DNA of 64,000 nt from Ramazzottius varieornatus (taxonomy: Eukaryota; Animalia; Tardigrada). This document shows, in pieces, positions 23,501-36,537 of this stretch. Location of the stretch: NCBI GenBank assembly GCA_001949185.1, contig BDGG01000002.1, forward strand, positions 6,190,448 through 6,254,447. The letters are read 5' to 3'. Position 1 is the first letter of the stretch; each line of letters begins with the position of its first letter. A model generated the notes under the pieces. It was not told the origin of the DNA, did not search any database, and worked only from the letters and a program-made list of their open reading frames with translations. The position numbers and the translations under genes were made by a program.

Positions 23501-26500
23501 TCTTCCATCCATTCGATACTCCTTCCAGTTCAACAGTTTTTCTTGTTAGGTTCCTTGATTACTTGGCTCAGCTCTGCGTATCGAACCAGACTGCCATACC
23601 TGCCACTCAGTTGCTGATATGTGTTGCTGCCTTCAACAGCAACAATTCCGATATTTTGATCCGAACTCGATTTGAAAGGGACGACGACGACTTCAGGTAT
23701 GCTGAGCGAGAAGACCTACGAGTGAAAGAGCGTTCGAACTAAAGAGCGATATATTATATCTCTTCCTGACAGCAGTATGGTATTTTTTTTCGCAGCGGCT
23801 ACAACAACTCACCAGTTTTCCTGGACTGGAACCACCAAACACAGTCTTTAAGCGAGCTTACAAGGCTGGCCAGAAATGTGGCGAACCCGGAAGTGACCAA
23901 GTGGTTGGACTATTACCGGTAAGCAGCAGCGTTCAATAGGACACATTATCCTTGTAATAGCTTAATAGTGGGAAGTAAGGAAGTAAGCCCATGTTTTTTT
24001 CCAGCCACCAGCTGGATCTTTTCTCCCACATGTGTCTCGATAGGCAATATCTGGCTATAAAAGAGCTAGCTCCTGAGCTGACAGTTCCACTCACCTTGCG
24101 GTAAGCTTTCGCTTATACTTGTCGATGGTTTGTTGGAGCGGAAAGTTCATGAGCTTTCTATGGTTTCAGCTGCTTGGCTGATGACAATCTGCAGCCGGAA
24201 CTTCGAGCGTCTTTCTGTCGTTTGATACTGCATTTGCATGTGGACAAAGGGGATCAGAAACTGATCACCCCTGTTCGCTATGCGTGAGTTCCGTCTTGGA
24301 CATGTGTATTGCAATAGCGTTTGATTGGTGAAAGGACTATATCGAAGAGTTGTCGTAGGCGTCTATGGAACGACATCCCGTCAGACTGTACTCTGGAGGG
24401 GTAAGATTTTTCCAACAACGACGAAAACACAGGACAAACTTTAACGTTCGCTTTCTTCAGGTTCAGCCATATGGCGGAGAAGAGCATCAGTGCTGAGGAA
24501 GGGTTCGAGTCGCTGGTCAGTTTTGTGCATCGTTACTTGGAGAAGTGCAGCGAGCACGCGGGCTTGAGTAAAGTTGGCGACCAGAACCAGACGTTTGCCA
24601 ACAGAGAACAGAACAAACTTACGTTTGAGGTACAGTCTAGATGGGCAGCTCCGTTTTACACGGTAGATAGGAATACCGGAGATAGTTACCGTTCCACCCG
24701 TAGGTTGTGAAACTGACACGATATCTGGTGTACTTTGGCTTCTTCTCCTTCAGTCAACTCATACACCTAACTCGCATCCTCCTCGCCATTTTGGATGTCG
24801 ACACGACTGAGGGGCAGATACCGACGGATTCTGAGGGATCCGGAGACGAAGCCGATGAGAGCCGTAAGTTTAGTGTCATACCTTTTTCCAAATCATGATG
24901 GTAATAATCTATTATAATCAGGGGTGGTCAATACGTTCATAAGAAACTCAGACAGTAGTATAGGCGTTGAAATCTCCATTAGGGAGTTTTGCCAGAATTC
25001 GTACGGCTCTCTCAAGCCCTGTCAGTCTTCTCAGCAATCTGACAACCGGATTGGCAAACGACTACGGTCGACAAACGTCTGTTTTGACGGAGCAAGAAGA
25101 AAAGCTGGTTGTCGACACCAAGGTCAAAATCATCGAGATTTTGACTTTCGTCCTCGATATCAGACTGGATTTCAAGATCACTCGTCTTTTGTCGGTCTTT
25201 AAGCAGGCTGCCCAAGGATATGGGCAGTCCCCTTCGAGTAGCAAATCGCGGACGGCAAGCGATCAGTGCGAACTGTCTGCCTCTCCCTCACGGACCGTTC
25301 ACAAAGAGTTCGATGCGCTGTTCCAAGACAAGTATGTCCCGATATTTTTTTGTCACAATATGTCATTTTATCCTGCTCATCACTATTCTCCTAACGAGTA
25401 CTACGTTGAACAGGGAACTCAACTTGGACGGTGAGGAAGGACGCCTGTTCATTCGGGTACTCCTTCATCTGGCCATGCACGACGACCCACAGTTGGTCAC
25501 GGGAGCTTTGAAACTACTCTTCCGTCAGTTCTCGCAACGAGAAGAGCTTCTACAAGCGTTCTCTCAGGTATGAAAGCTCAACATGATCTACGCTCAACAC
25601 GGTTCACGCGAAAGCTTTATGCAATCAATACTTTCGGAAACTGATGATCTTTTAGAGATGTTAACTGATCAAAGGTTTTATATCAGGTACAACTTTTGGT
25701 CTCTCCAGCGCAAGAGGAAGTCTACATAAAAATCAAGAACGACCTGGACGCCTTTCGGGGGTACGTGGAAAAATCTGAACTGTGGGTGTACAGGTCTACG
25801 AAAGAGGGCGCCACCGAAAAAGAAAACGATACGGTCGCTCCGCCCCAACCACTTGCACCAAGGAACTCGCTCGTACGGAACCCCAGTTTGGTTAGCTTTT
25901 CGAGTGTTGCTCGAGATTCTGTAAGTCGTTCTCCCATCAGTGCTCCGTTGTCTTTGAGTGAATCGCTGGATAACCCTGTAATTTAACAGCTGACATCCGA
26001 GCTCCCCGATATGGGTAGCCCGATGCTGGACGAGTACGACGAGATACAGAAGATATTCTGCTCGGTCAATAGCCTATGTGTCTACAAAGATAAGAAGACA
26101 GGTTCTCGGAAACCTCGCTTCCAGGAACAAAGACTCCTGCGAAATCTGGGCTTTCACACCATCGTGATACACCTGTTGCAGATTCCATATGAGAAAGTAC
26201 GAAGCTATCATCCGTCCTGTTGTGGAGCATACTTGATGACTATACCGTTTGTCAGAATTTGGACCATAAAATGCAAAAGATCATCGCTGACGCGCACGAG
26301 TTCCTGCAGAACTTCTGCTTGGGCAATCCAGATAACCAGCGGATTCTTCATCAAGATCTTGATCTGTTCTTGACGCCCTCCGTAAGCACACCGTCCACCG
26401 TGTCTATTAGCTGCTAGGCTTTGTTGACGATGTCTTACTTTTTCAGCCAGTGGAATGCATGACCGTCCGTTCCATCTTTGAAGGAAACTACGACCTGTGC

Positions 26501-29500
26501 TCAGAAGTGACGCCACATGTTGTTCAGCACTTCATTTCCTGCATCGAAAACCAAGGAGAGAATGTTGAGTACATAAGAGCTTTGCAAGCCTTGGTCTATG
26601 CTGACAATCGTTTTGTGAAGAAAACTCAAGATCTGATCGTCTCAGAGGTGCGTTCTCGACATTGATCTGTGATAGCTGCGGAAAGCAGAATGGTGTTTGC
26701 GCCGGTCCCGTTAGGCGATGTCATTGTGGATGGTGCTTGTTTTTGTCATTTGACAGCTCCTCAGTTCTGCCGACAGCGAAGTACTTCTTTTCATTGCGGA
26801 TCGAAATGGCTTTGAGAACCTGTTGTGTCTTATGGAGAGTGTAGTGGACGATGACAAGGTGCCCGGTGACCTGCGGTACCATGTCGAACTTATTCGACTC
26901 CTGTCCATGTAGGCAAACACCATGTGGAGCGTGGTCAACTGATTTAAACCAGATCGTTTTCTGCAGTGGCGCACGCTTGCTGCCAATAGCAATGGCAACC
27001 TGCGCTAGTTGAGATAACGACGTGGTTCAGTTCGTTTGCCCATGCCCCGTATGACTTCCTGCGATACTACAATATCAAGCCGTTAGATGATCTGATCTGT
27101 AAGATCGCACGGCTTCGACGTTAACGTTGATATACTCTCACTAGGTGCACTGGCGGACGGAACCATTTTACCGAGCTGAAATGCCATAATCTGATGCCGT
27201 TGGAAGACATTATCCGCCTTATTGCGCACAAAAGTTGTTTGATCATGGTGAAGTGTGTCTATGTGGATTTTCTGACCAACTGTGAGTTTCGTTCGTTTCG
27301 AAAATTGCCGTCTTTTGCTGTATAAGATGACTGTGAAACATAAATTCTGATTATCTACCATCAGGTTTTGTGGAGACCGAGATGGAGAATAAGGAAATCT
27401 TCTCGAGTAGTTCCACTGGCATATGGACGCTTTTCGAAGACTTCGCTAAAGACATTGATGAGGTGGGTAATCAGCGAGTATTATCGTTTTTACTAAAGGG
27501 CGGTTTCCTAATTTGGTTTTTGGTACAGGCTTGCAAAACAGAGTTCCAGCCAAGTCGACAATGGTCGCTGCATTACTACGTGGCTACCGCTGTCGTCAAA
27601 CTTCTGACGGACTTTTTCAAGACCGCTTTCCCTACTTCTACCGGAAGACCGAAGTTGCAGGACTCGGTGAGTTCCAACAGCCGGCTTTGTACTCCGCTGT
27701 CTGGATCTTTTGTGCTAAAACTTTTTCAACGTAGGACCAAGTCCAGCTGATGGAACGGCTACTTCAAAGTCTCATTCGTTTGTGTGGACAAAACTGGGTG
27801 AAAACAGATAAATCCTTTCAGGCCAATGTGAGCTCATGCCTGAAAGAACTGAAGGAAGCAGGTAAGCCGAAAAAATGGAAGGGCTGTGATATTCCTAATA
27901 TAGTGTATGTTCTTTATTCGTAGCCACCAGAGTTGGTAGTATGCCGTCTCATCTCGGTGTCCAAGTTGAAACTGCCTTGGAACGGGGAAAACTCAGGCAA
28001 CCGTTGCCAGTTTCTAGCAAGCTCTCGAACTGCGCAAAGTCCGTAGAAGCAATCTCGGGGAGCCTTCAGGAGAACCTCAGCCGGGACGACCAAGAGATCC
28101 TCAACAGTTTGCAGGTACTGACTACCCTACAGGTTTCATAGCTCAGAAGGATGTTAAAATCCATCACCAGATTTATGACTTATCTTATGTCGCCGCAGGA
28201 AATAGTGACGAAGATTCAGTTGCACGGAAATAATCTGGCACTTGCGGAGAAATCGCTCATCGTTGACGTGGTGCAGTATCCGGAGATTCTGTTCAGTAGC
28301 CGGTCTAAGACTCGTCCTCGCTACCAAGGCGGAGAACTTATTAGAAAGTTAGTCCAGACATATGAGAGCTTTAGAAAGTTTTTTACAGAGAATAACATTG
28401 CAGGCTGATCACGCACGTTAGCGTGCTCCAGGAATCTGACGAGCTGTTGTGCTTGCAAATTCTCCACGTGCTAAGATCCATGATCATAGAAGAGGTGAAA
28501 GACGAGCAGAAGTTCTCGAAAGAAGGCGCGAATTTACGGCGTGACTTCCTCGCTGCATGCTTGGACAGGAGGATGAGGTCGAGATGGCAACGACCCGAAG
28601 GCAGGTCCAAGGATCTGATCATTTCCGAGATTCAGTGTCATCTGAACGCTAAAGGCGCTTCCGCGTTGGTCGTTGACTTGATCGTCAAGAAAACCAGCCC
28701 GGAAGTCCTTCGAGCCAGCGTGGTCTTGGGTATCGCCCTTTTGGACGGCGGGAATACCGCTGTTCAGGTAATAGTACCACTCGGGTCGAAGCAAACAAAG
28801 GACTATCATTTGACTATTCTTCAATTTTTTGCAGAAATCCTTGTTCGATCGGCTGAAGAGCGGAGAAGACTCCGAGAAGTTTTTCGCGGTCTTTGATACT
28901 AAGATGAAGGCTGCTCAAAGCAGATTACGTTCCAGCCAGAAGATTGTGTGGTCAGAGGCCGACGACGCAGATATGTTGTCAGAGTCCTCGCAGAGGGACC
29001 GCATTCAGAATAGTGTATCCGATGGTAACCTGGCGGTGCGCAGTCCGTCCAGACGTCCAAGCACATCGTCGCTCCGGAGCACATCCAGTACTCCGCAACC
29101 TCGATGGTCCGTCACGATCGACAACGATGACGCGGAAACCGTGAAAGATGAACCGTTGTCACCGGAAGTCGAAATTATGACCAACATACTGCGGTTCTTC
29201 CAGCTCTTGTGCGAGAACCATAACAGGGACATGCAGGTATGCATTTAGTTTCGAATTTGCTTCATGTGGGAAATAAAGATGTTCTTTCATTTAGAACTAT
29301 CTGCGTGTCCAAGGCGGTCGAACTTCCTGCAACATCGTCCTACAGACCTTGTCCTTCTTGGACTGCATTTGCGGAAGCACTTCCGGCGGTCTCGGACTAC
29401 TCGGTCATTACATTAATCAATCCAACGTCGACCTGGTCAACCAAACTATAGTCACTCTTACTGAATTCTGCCAGGGACCTTCCGTCGAAAACCAAGACTG

Positions 29501-32348
29501 TACGGGACATCCTTTAGGTTTCCAACCCGCGCGCTTTGGCCATGAGTTTCTCAGTTGTGCTTATTTACAGGCATCGCTGGAACGGAGACGGATGGATTGG
29601 ACATCATACTGGCCATAATGCTGACGGATATCCGGCCATTGCAGGACAAGGCGGAAGACAAGGTCCTGCTGCTGAAGTACAACACAGTAAAGCTTCTCCT
29701 CGCCATCACCGAGAGTCGACGGGACACCGACAACGCGGAGAAGATTCTTCGCAATCTATCGCTGGGATCGTTCGTGGACTCCATTGTGCACTACCACTAC
29801 CTGAGCGATGGCACCAAGAAGACTGGTACGGAAGACGCCCCGACTCCCCGTATGCTGGCCGGTTCCATGTACATACTGGCCTACCAACTGGCAGAGTTCA
29901 GTCCGGACTTGTGGCACCTCTTGCACCCATCTGACTTTGACAGTACGCCCAAGATGGTGGACGCACTAAAGTACCTCGACTCCAAGACAGCTCACATCGA
30001 GGTGGTAAGGGAAGACCGGTCGATAGAAAAGATCACCTTCCGTATTGCGGAGAAGTGTGAGTACCTTACACCCGAAACCAAGCAGCGTGTCAAGAACGAG
30101 ACAGAAAGGGACGAACAAGGAAGCAAAGTGGCGGACTTCTTCGGACGGGTCGATGAACTGTACAACGAAATGAAGTGGCAGAAGCACCTCAGAGGTAATC
30201 ATCTTGATTGAACCATGCCAAACATTCACGTCCTGAAACCATCTTTGTAATTCACAGAGACACCGATGTTGTACCAAATAAGTCAGAGAATGACGCTTTG
30301 GCGTTCTTTGAACGTCTTTTTCGCCTGGCTTTTGAATATCATGGTCATGATGTACTATCCGTTTTCGGGATCCATAAGCGGTAAGTTTGACTTCCGTATG
30401 TTTGCGCTTCCAACGGGGTCATCATTTATATTATCTACAGACATTCCGTTCGTCTACTCGAACTTTTTGTGGATAATGTTCTTCTTCGCACTGGCAATGG
30501 TGATCGTACGGCCAGAGAAGAGCTACTTTAAACCGCTCGTCATTACCGCGATAGTCCGCTCGGTGTACCTCGTGGGTCCGCAGTACACAGTCATGCTCCT
30601 GGGAGTCATCAACGTAAGCGGCTTTAGTTCTACCGTTTTAACTAAGAAACTTCAAATAGTTTCTGGCTATAGGTGATAGTCAGCGCTGTGACCGTAGTCA
30701 GTTACACCGGTAACATTGGTGCTGCAGAGTCTTCCATTAGTGGTGCTCTGAAGGACTCCCGCTTCTTCTATGCCGTCACGCTGGTAGCAATATCTGTTGC
30801 TGGTCTGGTTGTCCATGAGTTCTTCTACAGCTTACTGGTGAGTTCGAAGCGCAGAGTCTCTTTCATCTTGAAAGTATCCGTGGACCTCCTGTTCAACCCT
30901 CCGTTTTCTAGCTGCTGGATATTGTGTACCGGGAGGAGACCTTGTACAACGTGGTTCGTTCGGTGACTCGAAACGGGCGCTCCATTCTGCTGACTGCTGT
31001 CTTGGCTGTCATTCTCATCTACATGTTCTCCATGGTCGGCTACTTGTTCTTCTCCCATCATTTCATTAAGGAAGTTAGCACCGTAACTTCCCTGCTTTTG
31101 CCAGGTAAAACACTGCCTACATGGGTCGTCCTTGCCCGGATCTGACATAGCTTCGAGTTACTGCAACAGATATTCAAACGCTTGTAACTGTGAATGTAAC
31201 AGTGGTATATTTTGCAGAAAAAACTGTGGTAGGCTCGAATGAAGCCTCGAAGATCATCGACTTAAACCAGGAAACGGAGATGGAACATGTCTGCCACAGC
31301 ATGTTGACTTGTATGGTCACAACACTGCTGCACGGCCTGCGAAGCGGTGGAGGCATCGGCGACGTCCTCCGCCAACTCAGTTTTAAGGTACATTCCGGAA
31401 AACTGAATTCGAAAGTAGAAGGAAAACTAGTGTAGTATGGACATGCTTTAATCTACGAATTTCGGACCTTGGGTTGACCGAAATTGTATATGGCAGGACC
31501 CACTATTCTTCGCGCGAGCCGTGTACGACCTCCTGTTCTACTTCGTGGTCATCATCATCACGCTCAACTTGATTTTCGGTGTCATCATCGACACCTTCGC
31601 TGACCTACGAGAGGAAAAACAGGAAAAGGAGGAGATTCTTCGCAACTCATGTTTCATTTGTGGTAAGTACCGACTAACCCAGTTTTGATTGCTGTTTGTA
31701 GTCCGTGGTTAACGACGCTTGAAATATTTTGAAGGCCTGGAGAGATCGGCGTTCGATAACAAGAGCATTTCGTTCGATCAGCACATCCATAGCGATCACA
31801 ATATGTGGCACTACTTGTACTTTATTATCTTGCTCCGCGAGAAGGACCCGACAGAGTTTACCGGACCAGAAAGCTATGTGTCGAGCTTGATTGCGGTAAA
31901 GGGGAAATGAAGCGGTGGTGGTCCTTGACCATATTATGCATTACTTCCTTGTTATGTCGGTCTGATGAACTGTCTTCCTTGCAGGAGAACCAACTACATT
32001 GGTTCCCCAGACTTCGAACCTTGTCGCTGGCAGTGGAGGATAAAGACTCTGACCAAGGTGAAATTCAGAAGATCCAGAAGGAGCTTCTCATTACCCAGCA
32101 GATTGTTATCAAGCTTTCTGAGCAACTGGCCGATCTTAGACGCGAGGTACGTTCGCAACTAATACCGTACTTTCAGCACAACTTTTTCTCAATAAGCCTC
32201 AAAATGATTTCGCATAAGCAATGGCTGGTATTGAAACTTCTAGATAAAGGAGCAAAGGAGTCGGCGTGATCGCATGAAGTCGATGCCCGCTGGCCACATT
32301 TTCAACCAGTCCATCAATGGATACGATGATGCTTTTGACCCATTTTGA
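20567..32348 (+). CDS. ITPR: Inositol 1,4,5-trisphosphate receptor, essentially full length, >40 short introns
   Basis: Suppressor domain ([42 protein letters not shown]). IP3-binding core ([27 protein letters not shown]). [39 protein letters not shown] region with pore [26 protein letters not shown], and Zn-finger CFICG...[11 protein letters not shown]. Last exon ends GYDDAFDPF*. Confidence 0.98.
23254..23311 (+). other. Non-canonical GC-AG intron in ITPR
   Basis: The conserved YRKNQ|EYVAK junction requires donor CAG|GCATGT and acceptor CCCACAG|GAG. Confidence 0.85.
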
Positions 32349-35300
32349 TCGAATGCCTGTGACTATTTCAAATTTTCAAAATTTTTTACATTCGAACAGA
32401 GAAATGTCAAATTAAAGCATTTCTGGTGATTTTATTTCTTTCAAAACGTCCATGTGATATACAAGTGTTTTCATGTTTCACGTCCCGGTCTTCCGGAAGG
32501 AAACAGTGGCTGTTTAAGCCACTAGTGGCAGAAATCTTTATCATTTTACCTGAAAGGACTTTCGAAAGTTTCGAAAACCGTTCTGAACGTACGCGTGCCA
32601 GAACTGCGTATGACGTAATATGTCACTGTCAGACAGTGAACAGCAATAAATCTACCGGCTAATGGAAACTTGACAGCGAAATTTCACTTCGTCGGTTATC
32701 GGCATATCAAACAAATATCAATAGTAATTAAAGTTTCCAAGATTAAGGAATTGCTGCCATTGATTAATCAGTTGGTAAGCTATGAAAGTCAGTTAGCTCT
32801 TCCATCAATGCAATACTCTCAATGCAGCCCATTTAGGATAGTATTCCAAAGCTTGGCACCGAAATGGCGAACGCTTCGGTCGATACATTTTCTACCTTTC
32901 TGCATTTCACACAGCTGTGGCTCAGGTATCGGACATCCCATACTGTTACTGGGGCAGAAACTACGGCTGATAGGAAGAATCGCCAGTCCGTTAGGTCCGC
33001 AAGAACAGGGCGTTGCGGACGCAGACGTGTTCATGCCGTACTTGACGTTTTGCTTTGCTGCTCGTGCATAGCAAGTTTTACAACGAGATTACACGTCGAA
33101 ACGATAAAGCTCATTTGAAATCATTAACGAACACGTTCTTCGTTACTGCCGGTCGAGTTTGGCAAACCTATAGCTAGAACCAACACTGTTATACTGTAGA
33201 GCTCTGTATGAGTCCAGGCGGGCTTACCGCGTTTACCATCCGTTGATGCAGTAAATTTCTATACGGGTACTTAGGAAACCTTCAAGTCAACAGTGCGTAG
33301 TGGCACGCTGCCAAAGACTGGTATTCCGTTTACTTGCTGAGCATAGGTAATTTACCGACGTCGAGCTTCCACAGTTCTACTGCGAAACTTCGCATGTCGC
33401 ATGGATTACTCGTTCAAAATGTCAAATTTATTGTCGAAATTTATTGCCTTCCGAAGGAGGGACTAACAACTCGTCCATCTCTATGCTGTGAACCTTGCAG
33501 GCGTGACGCTGGAAACCTGGCACTAGTACTAGTGTAAGTACGGCGACGAGTGGTATGTGGATTCTATTGTTTTTTTATAATGCCAAAGTAGTCTGGTAGG
33601 TAATACAGTACAAGAACTGAGCTTCTGGCAAATTGTTTGGTGTCTCATTTAGCAAAGCAGATCTGAAAGGTTGCTGTTTGATCTTGGCATAGGCTTTGTC
33701 TTGCCTGACGGAAAGTTGATTCGGATTAATGCAAATTAGCCCTTTATCAAGAAAGATTACACATTTGTTTCAATGATAATAGCGTGACTAAGGGTAAGAA
33801 TGAATATCCTGTAGCGGAATGGGATGAATATCTCCACGTTGCTAAAGAAGCAGTATGAAATTAGCCTTGATTAGAGAGGAGGACGAAATACTATTCAACG
33901 TCTCTAAACAAAGGAAGGTAGCAGCAATTGTTTGCCTGTCTTTCCGTAAAGCTCAAAGAAATGTTGGTCATCATGAAGCAAAACAATAGCGAAGACCAGC
34001 ACTCACCTTGTCAGCCCAGCCGGAACTTTGGTCACAGTACCTTGGTCCATCAGACAATGTTTGCTTAGAGAAAAATTCAGCTGGACATACAGCATTCATT
34101 GAATTTCCATCAGCCCATCCCAGTTAATTTTTCTATCAAATGGTCGTGAAACCTTGCTTGACTTCCTGGTGGTCGCTGTCTCCCCCACAACCCTAGTTAG
34201 TCCCTCACTTTGAAGTGGGTTTGGAGATATTAGGAGACATACGAAAACAAGACCGACGACTGATCCAACCTTTCCGCACACAAGCGCAGTCTCAAGTGCT
34301 GAAAGGCAAATATTCGATAACAAACTTGTGTGGTTTTTCCTCTTCTTGGTTTGACCAGTTTTCTGCAGGCAATTTTCACTTTGCTACAGGCCTTCTACGA
34401 TGTTAACGTTGAAATCCCTGGGTGGTTAGCACTCGACTGGCTTTTAATTTTCTCGGGAAAACCTCGGGCCGCCAGGGTAAATCCGACACCAGCTAGAGCA
34501 CAGAGAAAAATACAAAAAATTGTAGTTTTATCAATGTCAGGAGCAATGCTTTGATCCGTGTCGCGCAACCTTGGTACGCATACTGATGAAATGACTGAAT
34601 GAAACATTCCGTGAATCACGGGCGACTCTTATTGTCAAGCTACAATTAGCGGCCTTGGACTATTTTGTGGTTGACCGCCGGAAATCTCCTTCTCGGTTAC
34701 TCTCATAGCATGCTTGAATTTAAACCTCGACATGTGAAGATTGCCGATCTTTCTATCCGAACTGACCTGCCAGTACTGTTACCGCTGTGGAGACCCGAAG
34801 GTATCCTCCCATGGTATGTCGAGCGTCTCAATTCTGTGTGGCTCGTTCACGTTTCAGACACATTCCCAGCTCTGAGAAGAACTTTCTCTGGTGAAGGCGC
34901 TCTGGATGCGTATTTAGGTCAGCCGGGAAACAGGAAGTATAATTTGAGGGTCTCACTTCCTGTTTTGGAAGAAACACGCGACGCGCAGCGCCACTTAGCC
35001 GTCAGGCCGGGGATTCTACGATGCATGCGTACGGCACGCATATCGACCTGTTATTTTTCCGTATGGTCACTTGCTCAAGTGATTTGAGTTCTTGCTTTCG
35101 CACCTTTCATGAGCTTAACGGAAACGTGTCAAAAGGTGCTTTTGAGTACGAATAGCTCAACTTATAGTCTTAAAGCTACATTATATGCCGTGACAGATCG
35201 ACGAAAGGTTCGCCAAAGAACACGCAACTCTGTGTCACTGACCAGATTAGAGATTTTGGTGAGCGAAATCACTATAAGAAAGCACTTTTATTCCTCCGTA

Positions 35301-36537
35301 ATGACCGCCGGAAAGAAAAGAAGAGAAAAGAGGAAAAACGAGGAAGTCATGCGGCGAACCTTGCGTGGACCCACAGTGCAGGCGGCGAGGTCTTCAGTCG
35401 AACCATTCGGTCACGGTCTCCAGCGGGGTCCGGTCAGCGGTGAGGTTTTTCGTAGACTCTTATTCGTGCTAATTTTGACAAGTAAAGGATGCGACAGCTA
35501 TATTTTTCCATAAATCACATTAGACAATGATAATTATCGACTGCGGAAAGATGAGTGTCGCGCTTGTTCAAGACGGAACTAGGCCAGTGCGCGAGTAGCG
35601 GCGTTGGCTTCCCGGACAAAGATGGATTGAGATGAGATTATAGCTTGTAAGTTAGGTGTTGGAAGGTAAAAAATACATTATTCATCATGCTTTTCCATTG
35701 CGTTTGAGCAGAGCTTGACCAGTGATCAAGCCAGGCTACTGAATAGTTGATGAAGACCTCGCATCGTCCTTCGTGATAGGCGCAACATATCGTTACCATT
35801 ATAACCATCACTGTTCATTTTACAGGTTTTCATTTGTGACAAGACTTGCTCTCCACATCGTATGGTGCTCGTATACTATATTCGGCGCTGAACTGAACGT
35901 CAAGTGATGGAATACACAGTAACATCTGACAAGTAACAAGCACAGCGGAAGAGGCAAAGTGGAGGCTCTGTTTCTCTTCGACAGAGCCAACCAACCAGTC
36001 AAGCATCCATCCGCCGTGTCTCTCTGCACAAGACTTTTCTCTTCTCTATAACCGTTTGTATGTGCTCAGCTGGCTCTGCGCAGCTTCAACATTGGAAATC
36101 ATTAGTCGCAGGAAGCCGGAGGAAACTTGTGTCCTGAGAAAGTGAGGAGATCTGTTTAGTGCATGTAATTGAGCCCGTCGACTGGACCATCCGACCATCT
36201 TCTCGAGGAGACGACCACTGTCAACTGTTGCTGTTATCGGTGTCTGTAATCATTGTGGACACTGCTATGGCCTGAAACGTACTCAAATACTCATCCGCCA
36301 TTACCCAGTACATGCCGTGTAAAGTGTTCGTCACCCATTAAATATCCACCAGCAAATTCACTTCTCTGTGCCCATCTTCGTGAGGCTGTTTGCTGCCTCG
36401 AGCACTTGCCGGTGCACAGAATATATCGCATTGTGCCATCACGGAAAAACTCGACGCTGTCTGGAATTCAACATCTGATATGCACGAGACTCCATAATTT
36501 CTTGCCTGGATTTTTGCCCGACGGTTTCTCCCTTACG

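Noticed and set aside
9099-32348. PI-PLC gene near an IP3 receptor as a signalling module
   Set aside because: PLCXD proteins are X-domain-only enzymes not established as the PIP2-to-IP3 source for IP3Rs, and two unrelated genes intervene.
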